This document shows, in pieces, positions 1 to 9,388 of a DNA stretch of 55,472 nt; positions within the stretch are counted from its first letter, which is position 1; the number at the start of each line of letters is the position of its first letter. The position numbers and the translations under genes are program-made. The notes under the pieces were generated by a model. That model made no database searches, was not told where the DNA came from, and saw nothing but the letters and a program-made list of their open reading frames with translations. The stretch spans positions 1 to 55,472 of the forward strand of contig CAZWEY010000001.1 of assembly GCA_964632055.1 (NCBI GenBank), in the 5' to 3' direction. This DNA comes from an uncultured Sphingomonadaceae bacterium (GTDB taxonomy: Bacteria > Pseudomonadota > Alphaproteobacteria > Sphingomonadales > Sphingomonadaceae).

Positions 1-1
1 C

Positions 2-1045
2 CTGGCCGAAAACGAAACGCGGCGTGCCGTCGATGGGCGCGAAGCCGACGAAGCACGGGCGGCAGTCGCACTGGAGGAGCTGCTGGCGGACACGCTGACC
101 GGGCAGGTGCGGTTGCAGGCCAGCGGCGGCGCCGTTCTCCAGACGGCGGGCGCGGCGATACTCGCCCTGACCCTCTGGCTGGCGGTGGAGCGGTGGCATG
201 TGCCTGCCTTGAGCCTGATCCCTCTCGTTGCCCTGTTCGCGCGCTTATTGCCCCTGACCAGTGCGCTGCAGGCGCAATGGGAGGCCTGGCTGGCGACGCG
301 TCCTTCGCTTGATGCGGTGATGGCGCTGCTGGCTGAGCTGGAGGCTTCGCGCGAGGATCCTGCTGATCTGCCCACGCTCGCCTCGCCTTGCCAGTCGATC
401 GCGCTGTCCGGCGTTGCCTTGCGCCATGAAGGCGGCAAGGGGGTGGAAGGGGTGGAGCTTGTCCTGCCCGTCGGATCGCTCAGCGTTCTCTCCGGTCCTT
501 CGGGCGCGGGCAAATCGACACTGGCCGACATCCTCTCGGGTCTGGTCGAGCCTGACGAAGGCGAGTTGCGGATCGACGGCAAGCCGCTGGGACCATGCGA
601 ACGCCTCGCCTGGCGCAGGCACGTCGCCTATGTCCAGCAACAGCCCGACCTGTTCAGAGGCACGATCCGCGACAATCTGCGCATTGCACGGCCAGATGCC
701 AGCGATGCACAGATCGAACAGGCGCTGCATCTGGCATCGGCACAGTTCGTGCTCGACCGGGCAAGCGGGCTGGACACCGGGACGGGCGATGACGGGTTGC
801 GTCTTTCCGGCGGAGAGCGCCAGCGCATAGCACTGGCCCGGGCGCTGCTGAGAGAGCCGGACCTGCTGATCTTCGATGAGCCGACCAGCGCGCTCGACCC
901 GCAAAACAGCGCGGCGGTGATTGCGGCGATTGCCGGATTGCGCGGCAAGGTGACGATGCTGGTTATCAGCCATGGCGGCGAGCTTGCCGCCCTTGCCGAT
1001 CAGCTGTTGCGGATCGAGCGGGGAAGGCTCTTGCTGGCTGAATGA
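2..1045 (+). CDS. ABC exporter, fused permease/ATP-binding protein (5' end outside window)
   Basis: The frame is open from nt 2 to the window edge. A hydrophobic segment is followed by Walker A GPSGAGKST, ABC signature LSGGERQRIALARAL, Walker B LLIFDEPTSALD and an ISH H-loop. Confidence 0.88.
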   Translation: MAENETRRAVDGREADEARAAVALEELLADTLTGQVRLQASGGAVLQTAGAAILALTLWLAVERWHVPALSLIPLVALFARLLPLTSALQAQWEAWLATRPSLDAVMALLAELEASREDPADLPTLASPCQSIALSGVALRHEGGKGVEGVELVLPVGSLSVLSGPSGAGKSTLADILSGLVEPDEGELRIDGKPLGPCERLAWRRHVAYVQQQPDLFRGTIRDNLRIARPDASDAQIEQALHLASAQFVLDRASGLDTGTGDDGLRLSGGERQRIALARALLREPDLLIFDEPTSALDPQNSAAVIAAIAGLRGKVTMLVISHGGELAALADQLLRIERGRLLLAE

Positions 1046-1134
1046 GAAATTCAGCGCCCATTCACGGCCCGATCGGCTATATGGTCCTTAGCCGGGCACA
1101 CCCCATTGCCCGCGTGGAAGGACAACAGGCCATT

Positions 1135-1644
1135 ATGAAGATCGCAGGTTTCAATCACTTCCTCGCCCCCGCCGCAGGCGTTGCCATGGCTCTGGCGGCC
1201 CCGCTCGCCATTCCGGCCGCTCATGCCGAGCCAGTGGCTCCCGGCCATTGCACCGGCGATCTTTCGGGCAAGGGCTGGCTCAATGTCGAGGTGACCGGCG
1301 TGCGCAACAGCGAGGGGTTGATGGCGATCACCATCTATGATGGCAATCGCAGCGACAAGTTCCTGCGCTCCAAGGGATCGCTCGATGTCGTGCGGGTCCC
1401 GGCGAAGGCTGGCAAGACGGTGGCTTGCGTGAAACTGCCCGCCAATGGCGTCTATGCGCTGGCGGTCTATCATGACGAGGATTCCAGCCGAAAGCTCAAC
1501 CGTGGCGGGATCGGCATGCCGACCGAAGGCTTCGGTTTTTCCAATAATCCAAGCACCTTTGCAGGCCTTCCGAGCTTCAGCTCGGTGCGGCTCGCGGTGC
1601 CCAGGCCGGGGCTGAGCGTCCGGATCAGCCTGACCTATCCCTGA
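1135..1644 (+). CDS. secreted DUF2141-like protein
   Basis: ATG 1135 follows GGAAGGA. The N-terminal signal peptide is MKIAGFNHFLAPAAGVAMALAAPLAIPAAHA. The GMPTEGFGFSNNP block is recalled from DUF2141. The upstream in-frame ATG at 1042 has low GC3 and would bury the signal peptide. Confidence 0.6.
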   Translation: MKIAGFNHFLAPAAGVAMALAAPLAIPAAHAEPVAPGHCTGDLSGKGWLNVEVTGVRNSEGLMAITIYDGNRSDKFLRSKGSLDVVRVPAKAGKTVACVKLPANGVYALAVYHDEDSSRKLNRGGIGMPTEGFGFSNNPSTFAGLPSFSSVRLAVPRPGLSVRISLTYP

Positions 1645-2384
1645 TTGGCGAGAAGCTGGCGCACATCGGCAAGGTCTGCGCTCTTGTCGATATCCACTGC
1701 GGCAAGCCCTTGCCGTGTCACCACCACCCGCGCGCTGATGCCGATACGCTGGCCCAGCCGTGCGACCGCGTCTGACAGGCTGAGCGTGCCGCACAAATAG
1801 GACCAGAGCGTGCCGACCCCCAGCCGGGCTGCAATGCGCCAGGGGCGTTTGCGATCGGCTTCGACCTGTTGCCAGGTGGCGATCGCTGCGCGGCCCTTGT
1901 CGCTGGCGATATGAAACAGGTTGCAGGTCTTCCACTGGCCATCGGCAAAACGCAGCCATGTTCGCTGCGCGCCCGGCATGGCGGCTTCCACATCCTCGCG
2001 CCGCACCGCCAGCAGCGACACATCAGCTTCGGCAGGGGTCGCCCCGATCAGCTCACGCACCCATGATGGCTGCAACAGCGCATGGTCGCTGGTGGTGACC
2101 AGCAGGGGCGCTCCCAGCTTATCAAGCCCGCGCGCGACGCTGCCGCTGGGGCCGCTGGCAGGCGGGATGATCTGCGCGCCCAGAGTTCGGGCCAGAGCGA
2201 TGATCGCAGGGTCGTCGGCAACGATGGCAATGGGCGCGATGCCAGCTTCGGCCAGCGCCCGGTGCACCCTCTCCAGCACGGTTGCGCCACCGAGTTCGAT
2301 CAGCCCCTTGTGGGAAAGGCCGATGGAGCGGGCGAAGGGATCGCCGCCTGGCCGTGTTCCGGCGAGAATCAGCCCGGCGGTCAT
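1635..2384 (-). CDS. MobA-like NTP transferase (nucleotidyltransferase)
   Basis: The N-terminus MTAGLILAGTRPGG...KGLIELGGATVLERV is typical of the NTP_transf_3 fold. Its ATG overlaps the stop of the upstream gene (ATGA at 2381-2384). Its 3' end overlaps the convergent DUF2141 gene by 10 nt. Confidence 0.7.
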   Translation of the reverse strand: MTAGLILAGTRPGGDPFARSIGLSHKGLIELGGATVLERVHRALAEAGIAPIAIVADDPAIIALARTLGAQIIPPASGPSGSVARGLDKLGAPLLVTTSDHALLQPSWVRELIGATPAEADVSLLAVRREDVEAAMPGAQRTWLRFADGQWKTCNLFHIASDKGRAAIATWQQVEADRKRPWRIAARLGVGTLWSYLCGTLSLSDAVARLGQRIGISARVVVTRQGLAAVDIDKSADLADVRQLLANQG

Positions 2385-3289
2385 CGTGCCCGCCCTTTCG
2401 CGCGCCAGACTTGCCAGAGGACTGCAGGCGCGGCCAGCACCGGGTGGTTTTCGCGCCATGGCGTCATCTTGACCGCAATTCCCGTATGCCGCTCCACCTT
2501 CCATGCGGCATAGCGGCCCGCGCCCGCAAATGTGGTGCTGGCGCGGATCAGCCGGACCAGATTGTAGGGCTTGCCCAGTGCGCGCCGCAGCCGCCACCAG
2601 CGCAAGGTGCGGCGGCGTTCAGCAGGGGCTAGTTGCGGGCGCAAAAGCGCCCCTTCCTGCGCAGTATCGATGCCAGCTGCTTCGAGCGCCACCGCCAGAA
2701 GCCCCTCAAAATGGGTTTGGTTTGCGGCAAGGATCGAATCTTCCCGCCCCGGCTTTTCCACCCTGAATTCGGCCTTGTAGGTCTGGCGGAACAGTCCGCG
2801 CCAATAATCAGCCGCGCTGGCCTCTTCCGGCCCCAGCGCCACCGCCAGCCGCGCGGCGGTCATCGCGGCAGCACAGATTGCTGCGCTGAGCTCGGCGCTG
2901 GCTGCCTCATCGGCCTGCCAGACCAGCGCGCTTGGCTGGACGAAGCGGGCCCAGATGGTCGTATCCAGCAATTCGCCGGCCGCGGCCCTGCCGAATGTCG
3001 ACAGCGTCATTGTCGCCACCTTGGCGCGCAAGGCGATGCCGCCATGGTCCCATTCGTGATAGCTGACGCGAGGCCAGATGCCGCTTTGCACAGCGCCATC
3101 CGTCAGAACATAGAAATCGAGCACCCCATCGAGTGATCCGGTTCTGAGGTTGGAGCCATAGAACAGCACGGCGCGACAGGGCTTGTTCCCGGTCGTAGCT
3201 TCTGTCAGCCGCGCGGCAAAGGCGCGCACGGCCTCGTCAACAGGCGCTGCAAGCGCCTGCGCCATGCGTGCCGGAAGCTTAGCGCTCAC
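2381..3289 (-). CDS. conserved hypothetical protein; possible Tam41/Mmp37-like nucleotidyltransferase (weak)
   Basis: The 302-codon ORF has high GC3 and a GTG start overlapping the kinase stop (GTGA). The LFYGSNLRTGSLDGVLDFYVL and TTIWARFVQPSALVW blocks resemble Tam41-type CDP-DAG synthases by eye only. Confidence 0.45.
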   Translation of the reverse strand: MSAKLPARMAQALAAPVDEAVRAFAARLTEATTGNKPCRAVLFYGSNLRTGSLDGVLDFYVLTDGAVQSGIWPRVSYHEWDHGGIALRAKVATMTLSTFGRAAAGELLDTTIWARFVQPSALVWQADEAASAELSAAICAAAMTAARLAVALGPEEASAADYWRGLFRQTYKAEFRVEKPGREDSILAANQTHFEGLLAVALEAAGIDTAQEGALLRPQLAPAERRRTLRWWRLRRALGKPYNLVRLIRASTTFAGAGRYAAWKVERHTGIAVKMTPWRENHPVLAAPAVLWQVWRAKGRAR

Positions 3290-4314
3290 GGGGCGACGAA
3301 ATGCAGCGGCGGGCCTGCGCGCAGGCGATAGCGCCCCGCCGGGAAAGCCTCGCCATCGAGGATGAAGCGGTCCTCCACCTCCAGAAAGGCCTCTTCTGCT
3401 GCGCCGCGATGGACACCAAGCCTTGCGAAGAGCGGCTTATCCCAGCCAGCAAGCAGGAAAGGCAGCAGCAGGACCACGCGTCTGAGCGGCCTGTCGAGCG
3501 CGCCATATTTGAGCGTGCCTGTGACCTTGCCGAACAGCTTCATGCCAAGCGGGAAGGTTTCCAGCGTCGAGAATATCGCGGCATAGCGGCGATGCGCTTC
3601 GCCATGGGTGCTGTGAGGAACCTCGAAGCCATCTGCAAAAAGGCGCATGGCGGAAATCTTGCGCCAGGGGCTTTTGCCGAAACCGAACAGGGCCTGGATG
3701 ATGCCGAAAACCGCAGTGAGCGCGACGGCAAAACTGTTGAAAGCGCCATAGCGATGGGCGGTCTGGCCTGCCTGTGTCGCAACCGTGAACAGGCCCGCGC
3801 CAAGGATGAAGCCCATGGCTTGCCCTGGTGCGCCGCCGGGCTGGTCCACCAGGATTGGCCGGCGCTCGACCAGTCGCATTTCACCGGCAAGTTTCAACGC
3901 TTCAGGCAGCGACCATTTACCCGGCAAGCCCAGGTCGAACGCCAGCGCATTGGTCTTGCCCTTGGGAAGAACGATCAGCGGCGGCCATGTATCGCCATAG
4001 ACGGCAGCACCGCAGGTCAGAACGTCGCGCACGGTGCCATCGCCGCCATCGACCGCCAGAAAATCGATCTGGCGGGCCTTGAAATCGGCGAGGATGCCGG
4101 AAAGCTCCTGTCTTGTCTGGGGGGCATGAGTCAGCACGCTCGGGCTGTCTGACATTTCAGGAATGCGGCCCTTGTTGCGGTGGCTGCGCGGATTGCGGAT
4201 AACGCCGATCAGCGGTTCGGTCCGCTGCTTGCGGGGGCTATCGGGCGCAGGCGCGCCTTGCGCCGGGGGCGCAGCACCGGGAAGCTGCTCGAACTCGTAA
4301 AGGCTGCTGTCCAT
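3286..4314 (-). CDS. DAGK_cat-family lipid kinase (diacylglycerol/sphingoid/ceramide-kinase-like)
   Basis: It carries the VDGGDGTVRDVL (GGDGT) motif and LPKGKTNALA. A strong RBS (AAGGAGG) lies 5 nt upstream of ATG 4314. Confidence 0.8.
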   Translation of the reverse strand: MDSSLYEFEQLPGAAPPAQGAPAPDSPRKQRTEPLIGVIRNPRSHRNKGRIPEMSDSPSVLTHAPQTRQELSGILADFKARQIDFLAVDGGDGTVRDVLTCGAAVYGDTWPPLIVLPKGKTNALAFDLGLPGKWSLPEALKLAGEMRLVERRPILVDQPGGAPGQAMGFILGAGLFTVATQAGQTAHRYGAFNSFAVALTAVFGIIQALFGFGKSPWRKISAMRLFADGFEVPHSTHGEAHRRYAAIFSTLETFPLGMKLFGKVTGTLKYGALDRPLRRVVLLLPFLLAGWDKPLFARLGVHRGAAEEAFLEVEDRFILDGEAFPAGRYRLRAGPPLHFVAP

Positions 4315-4337
4315 TGCCGCCTCCTTATTCCCGCCGC

Positions 4338-4366
4338 GCGCCAGAAAGACTAGATATTTCTGGCGC
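4338..4366. promoter_or_regulatory. perfect 10-bp inverted repeat GCGCCAGAAA-N9-TTTCTGGCGC in divergent promoter region
   Basis: Read directly from the sequence. It lies 24-52 nt upstream of the lipid-kinase start, between divergent operons. It could be an operator or a 5'-UTR hairpin. Confidence 0.4.
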
Positions 4367-4467
4367 AGTCCCCCGTTAAGAGCACTTTTCGACTATTCCG
4401 CCGCAATCGCGCGATCGCAATGCGTGACGATTGCGCAAAGCGGATGGGGGCCTTAGGGCAAAGGCCC

Positions 4468-5628
4468 ATGAACGCAAGCACGCTCAAGCCCGCCTTTGCT
4501 ACTATCGGTTCCAACCCCGTCCGCCTGTGGGGGCTGAGTATGGAGGAGAGAATCCGCCGTCTGGCGCGGGCGGCTGGCCTGCGCGATGATGCGGGCATTG
4601 CCGATAACGGACCTATTATCCTCACCAATGCCGCCCATGCCTTCGATCCGGCCTGGTTTCGCCATGTTGCGGAGATGCCGGGGATGGTTCTCACTCTTGG
4701 CGGGGTGCCGGTGATCGGTCATGCCTGCAATGCGGCGCAGGCCGATGCCTTGCGCGAAGCAATCGGTGCCAATCGCCCGGTTGCCGCGGCAAGCGGTCTG
4801 GTGGAGATTACCGCCTTTGAAGATGGCCCGACCATCGAGAACAAGCAGTTGCGCAAGCGCGAAACGCCCTTTCTCATGCCGCTGACCGATCAGACGGTGC
4901 GCGCGGCCGAACGCGCCAGCTATTTTGGCGCCTACAAGGGCGTGACCGACATCCTCACCAAATATCTCTGGCCGGAATGGGCGCTGGTGCTGACCCGCAT
5001 CGCCGCGCGCATCGGCATGACGCCCAATCAGGTTACCACCATCGGGGCGATCCTGTGCGTGGTTGCGACTTTTTATTTCGCTGTGGGCCAATACTGGCTG
5101 GGCATGGCGCTCGGCCTCGGCTTCATGGTGCTCGATACGGTGGATGGAAAGCTTGCTCGCTGCACCATCACCTCGTCCGCATGGGGCAATGTTTTCGACC
5201 ATGGCATGGATCTGGTGCACCCGCCCTTCTGGTGGTGGTTCTGGGCAACCGGCCTTGCCACCTGGGGTCTTGCCTATGACGATGGCAGCTTCGGGCCAAC
5301 CTTCTGGTGGGTGCAGGGCGCAATCCAGGGTGGCTATATCGTCCAGCGATTGATCGAAGGGGTATTCATGCGCCGTAACGCCATGATGCACATCCATGTC
5401 TGGCAACGCTTCGACAGCCAGTTTCGCCTGATTACCGCAAGGCGCAACCCCAATATGGTCATCCTGTTCGTCTCCATGCTGTTTGCCCGGCCTGATCTTG
5501 GCCTGATCGCGGTTGCATGGTGGACGGCGATTTCCTGCGCTGTTCATGCGGTGCGGCTGGTTCAGGCCGAGCTTTACCGCGCGCGTGGCGGGACCATTCG
5601 CAGCTGGCTTTCGGATGCAGGCGCATGA
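4468..5628 (+). CDS. CDP-alcohol phosphatidyltransferase family membrane protein with soluble N-terminal extension
   Basis: It carries the motif DTVDGKLARCTITSSAWGNVFDHGMD (D-x2-DG-x2-AR-x8-G-x3-D-x3-D), with multiple hydrophobic helices after residue ~180. The start is ambiguous (ATG 4420, 4444 or 4468). I chose 4468, which follows AAGG. Confidence 0.85.
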   Translation: MNASTLKPAFATIGSNPVRLWGLSMEERIRRLARAAGLRDDAGIADNGPIILTNAAHAFDPAWFRHVAEMPGMVLTLGGVPVIGHACNAAQADALREAIGANRPVAAASGLVEITAFEDGPTIENKQLRKRETPFLMPLTDQTVRAAERASYFGAYKGVTDILTKYLWPEWALVLTRIAARIGMTPNQVTTIGAILCVVATFYFAVGQYWLGMALGLGFMVLDTVDGKLARCTITSSAWGNVFDHGMDLVHPPFWWWFWATGLATWGLAYDDGSFGPTFWWVQGAIQGGYIVQRLIEGVFMRRNAMMHIHVWQRFDSQFRLITARRNPNMVILFVSMLFARPDLGLIAVAWWTAISCAVHAVRLVQAELYRARGGTIRSWLSDAGA

Positions 5629-6053
5629 ACGCGACACTGGAAAAATTTGGCTGGCCGGCAACGCTGGTGCGCGAGTTCGATCACTGGGTGGTGCTGGCGC
5701 GGGCCGCTCAGCCGACGCTGGGAAGCCTCGTGCTCGCCGCCAAGTCCGATGCCACTGCTTTTTCCGATCTGCCGGGCGAGGCTCATGCGGAATTGAAGCA
5801 GGTGACGACAGCGATCGAACAGGCGCTCGGCGAGGCCGTGAGCTACGAGAAGCTCAATTACCTGATGCTGATGATGGTCGATCCCCACGTCCATTTCCAC
5901 GTGATCCCCCGATACGAGGGATCGCGCGAGTGGAGCGGGCGGGAGTTTGTCGATGTGGGCTGGCCAAAAGTGCCTGACCTTGGCCATGCGGTGGCGTTGC
6001 AAGGGGGTGAACTGGCCGCGCTCGTTGACTGGTTGAAGGCGAATTTCGCCTAG
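5625..6053 (+). CDS. HIT-family nucleotide hydrolase/transferase
   Basis: It carries the histidine triad HVHFHVIPRY. Its ATG overlaps the stop of the upstream gene (ATGA 5625-5628). Confidence 0.85.
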   Translation: MNATLEKFGWPATLVREFDHWVVLARAAQPTLGSLVLAAKSDATAFSDLPGEAHAELKQVTTAIEQALGEAVSYEKLNYLMLMMVDPHVHFHVIPRYEGSREWSGREFVDVGWPKVPDLGHAVALQGGELAALVDWLKANFA

Positions 6054-6796
6054 GCCGCTTCCCACTTGTCCGTCAGCGCGCGGGCGATCTCGATGTCGTT
6101 GAGGAAATCGACCTCGGCCCAGTCCATTCCCTCGATCGAGACGGTGCCGACCTTGCCGGTGGGCGCAAGGCTGTCGATCACCTTCAGATACCAGTGCTGC
6201 ACGCCTTCGGGGGTGCGCATGGCTGCGCGCACGGCATTGCGGAACAGTTCTGCGCCTTCGCCCCGGAAGGCGAGGAAACCGATCGATTCGGCGTTGCTTT
6301 CCTCTGCGGTCAAGGTCTTGCCGATGCGGCGCAGCTGGCCATTCTCAGCGCGCGACACCTTCATGTCGTCGCTATCGTAAGCGGGCTTCACATCCACCGT
6401 CACGGCGATCGGCCAGTCCGAGCCTTGCTGCACGCAGGCCACGATGTCCTCGGACACCAGAGTGTCGCCATTGAGAATGAGGAAGTCGCGCTCCATCGCC
6501 TTTCGTGCAATCCAGCACGAACCGAGATTATCGGCCACCTTGTAGAACGGGTTGAACTTCGTTGAGATCGTCACGCGAGGATCATCGATCCGGGCGATAA
6601 CCTCGTCGACCATGTCGGTCATGAAGCCCGTGACGATGTCGATATGCTTCACCCCGCCGCGCGCCAGCATTTCCACCTGCCATTCGAGCAGGGTGCGGCC
6701 CGAAAAGTCGATCAGGCACTTGGGACGCTCGGCCGTCAGCGGCAGCAGCCGCGAGCCTTGACCGGCGCTCAGCAGGATGGCGTGCTCGATAGGCAT
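6050..6796 (-). CDS. LicC/IPCT-like nucleotidyltransferase (alcohol- or sugar-phosphate cytidylyl/nucleotidyl transferase)
   Basis: It has the N-terminal AILLSAGQGSRLLPLT (G-x-G-x-R-L) motif plus the NPFY..N and LNGDTL blocks. It lies 11 nt downstream of the NMO gene. Its stop is shared as CTAG with the convergent HIT gene. Confidence 0.78.
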   Translation of the reverse strand: MPIEHAILLSAGQGSRLLPLTAERPKCLIDFSGRTLLEWQVEMLARGGVKHIDIVTGFMTDMVDEVIARIDDPRVTISTKFNPFYKVADNLGSCWIARKAMERDFLILNGDTLVSEDIVACVQQGSDWPIAVTVDVKPAYDSDDMKVSRAENGQLRRIGKTLTAEESNAESIGFLAFRGEGAELFRNAVRAAMRTPEGVQHWYLKVIDSLAPTGKVGTVSIEGMDWAEVDFLNDIEIARALTDKWEAA

Positions 6797-6807
6797 GGGC
6801 CTTACGC

Positions 6808-7848
<1,041 letters not shown>

Positions 7849-7882
7849 TCACCACAAGCAGCCGGGCACAGGAACCAGCCGT

Positions 7883-8302
7883 TTATGCTTCCGGCTGCGC
7901 TCCGTCGAAGAACACATTCGTCACCAGCAGCGTGTCCATATATTCACGCGATTCGACAATCTTGCCGTCGCGGATGGTCAGTAGGAAGTGGTACTGGTTG
8001 TTATAGGGCTTGCCCGACACATGCACCGCTTCGGAATGACCGATGATCGCGACGCGGTCGTCCTCGCAGGTAAACAGGTCGGGAATGACCTTGAGGCCGG
8101 TTTCCGGGAACAGCTGCGGCAGGGCGCCGATCAGTTCCTTGATGGCGGCCCGGCCCTGCGTGACCTGCGGGAGAAGGGTCTTGCCCATCACCATCAGCTT
8201 GCCATCCTCGGTAAAGAGATCGGCGGTGCCTTCCGCGTCGCCAGCGGCGATCCGCGCGAAATATTGGCGGGCGATTTCCTTGTTGGCTTCGATAGTGCTC
8301 AT
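7883..8302 (-). CDS. SnoaL/NTF2-fold protein (ketosteroid-isomerase-like fold)
   Basis: It is 139 aa. ATG 8302 follows GGAGAGAG. The pattern NKEIARQYFARIAAGD...REYMDT is typical of SnoaL-like proteins. Confidence 0.65.
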   Translation of the reverse strand: MSTIEANKEIARQYFARIAAGDAEGTADLFTEDGKLMVMGKTLLPQVTQGRAAIKELIGALPQLFPETGLKVIPDLFTCEDDRVAIIGHSEAVHVSGKPYNNQYHFLLTIRDGKIVESREYMDTLLVTNVFFDGAQPEA

Positions 8303-8318
8303 CTGTCTCTCTCCAAAA

Positions 8319-9377
8319 TCAGGCCATGGCGTTGGCAAGGTGGCCGATCACCGCCGGGGCCAGCCGGTCCCGACGTTCGTTTGCGCGGCCGTAAAGGAAT
8401 TCGTTCAGGATCGCGCGCTTCAGGAACAGGTGGCAGTCATGTTCCCAGGTGAAGCCGATCCCGCCATGCAGCTGCACCGCGTCTTCTGCCATGTAGCGAT
8501 AAGCCGCTTCGGTGACGAGGCGGGCTTGCCCTGCAACCGTCGCGGCATTCGCGGCGCCATCGGCAAAGGCGCGGGTGGCGTTGCGGGCGGCGCCGCGGGC
8601 AACGTCGAGATCGACCTTGTGGTCCGCCGCGCGGTGTTTGAGCGCCTGGAACGAACCGATGGCCCGGTCGAACTGCTTGCGGGTCTTCAGATAATCCAGC
8701 GTTTCATCAAGCAGCCGGGCATGGCCGCCGACATTGTCCCATGCGATGGCGAGATCGAGATGCGCGCGCACCCGGTCGGTGGCTGCCGGATCGGCAGAGG
8801 CCAGCGCCGCTTGCGCAACCACACCATCAAGCGCGATGTCGAGCAGGATACGGCTGCGATCCCAGCTTTCGGGGGTGGTGACGCTGGCGGCGGCAAGATC
8901 GGCGATCCATGCTTGCCCGTCTCTGCCCAGCAGGAGCAGATGGGTTGCGCCTTCGTCTGCCATAACGCCGGTGAGTACGCCAGAGAGTGTCCCATTGGAG
9001 GCGCTGACGCTACCCTGATCGGCCACGGCCATGCGGACCTCGCCGCCGGCAATGCCGGCAGCCAGTTCGGTGAGTGCGTCTGTGGGTGCAAAGGCCAGCA
9101 GTTCCAGCGTTGCGATGCTGGGGGCGAGCACGACTGGCGCAACCGCTTTGCCCAGCTCCTCGTAGATCGGGGCAAGGGCTGCGAAGGACTGGCCAAGACC
9201 GTCCATCTCGGCCGGAACACTCAGCAGCAGCCAGCCCTGTTCGACCATGGCGCCATACAGGCCTTCGCGGTCGGCGTACTTGCCTGCGTCATAGGGCGCA
9301 CGGCGTTCCACCATGTCGCCCAGCATGCGCGATGCGGCATCGCGCAGTTCTTCGGGGTCGATCGTTTCGATGTCCAT
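8319..9377 (-). CDS. acyl-CoA dehydrogenase family protein, shorter partner of an adjacent pair
   Basis: It has the C-terminal ACAD block QLHGGIGFTWEHDCHLFLKRA. The start moves to MDIETID (ATG 9377), 11 nt after the upstream ACAD stop. It is 353 aa against 393 aa for its neighbour. Confidence 0.8.
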   Translation of the reverse strand: MDIETIDPEELRDAASRMLGDMVERRAPYDAGKYADREGLYGAMVEQGWLLLSVPAEMDGLGQSFAALAPIYEELGKAVAPVVLAPSIATLELLAFAPTDALTELAAGIAGGEVRMAVADQGSVSASNGTLSGVLTGVMADEGATHLLLLGRDGQAWIADLAAASVTTPESWDRSRILLDIALDGVVAQAALASADPAATDRVRAHLDLAIAWDNVGGHARLLDETLDYLKTRKQFDRAIGSFQALKHRAADHKVDLDVARGAARNATRAFADGAANAATVAGQARLVTEAAYRYMAEDAVQLHGGIGFTWEHDCHLFLKRAILNEFLYGRANERRDRLAPAVIGHLANAMA

Positions 9378-9388
9378 CTTTACACCTC

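Noticed and set aside
1042-1134. ATGA-coupled upstream start for the DUF2141-like gene
   Set aside because: It would place 31 residues in front of a textbook signal peptide. GC3 of this stretch is clearly lower than in the gene body, and ATG 1135 has its own GGAAGGA RBS.
4411-4418. GCGATCGC (HIP1-like) palindrome
   Set aside because: I noticed only a single occurrence. HIP1 abundance is a cyanobacterial trait, and here it is better read as part of the local CGCAAT repeat cluster.
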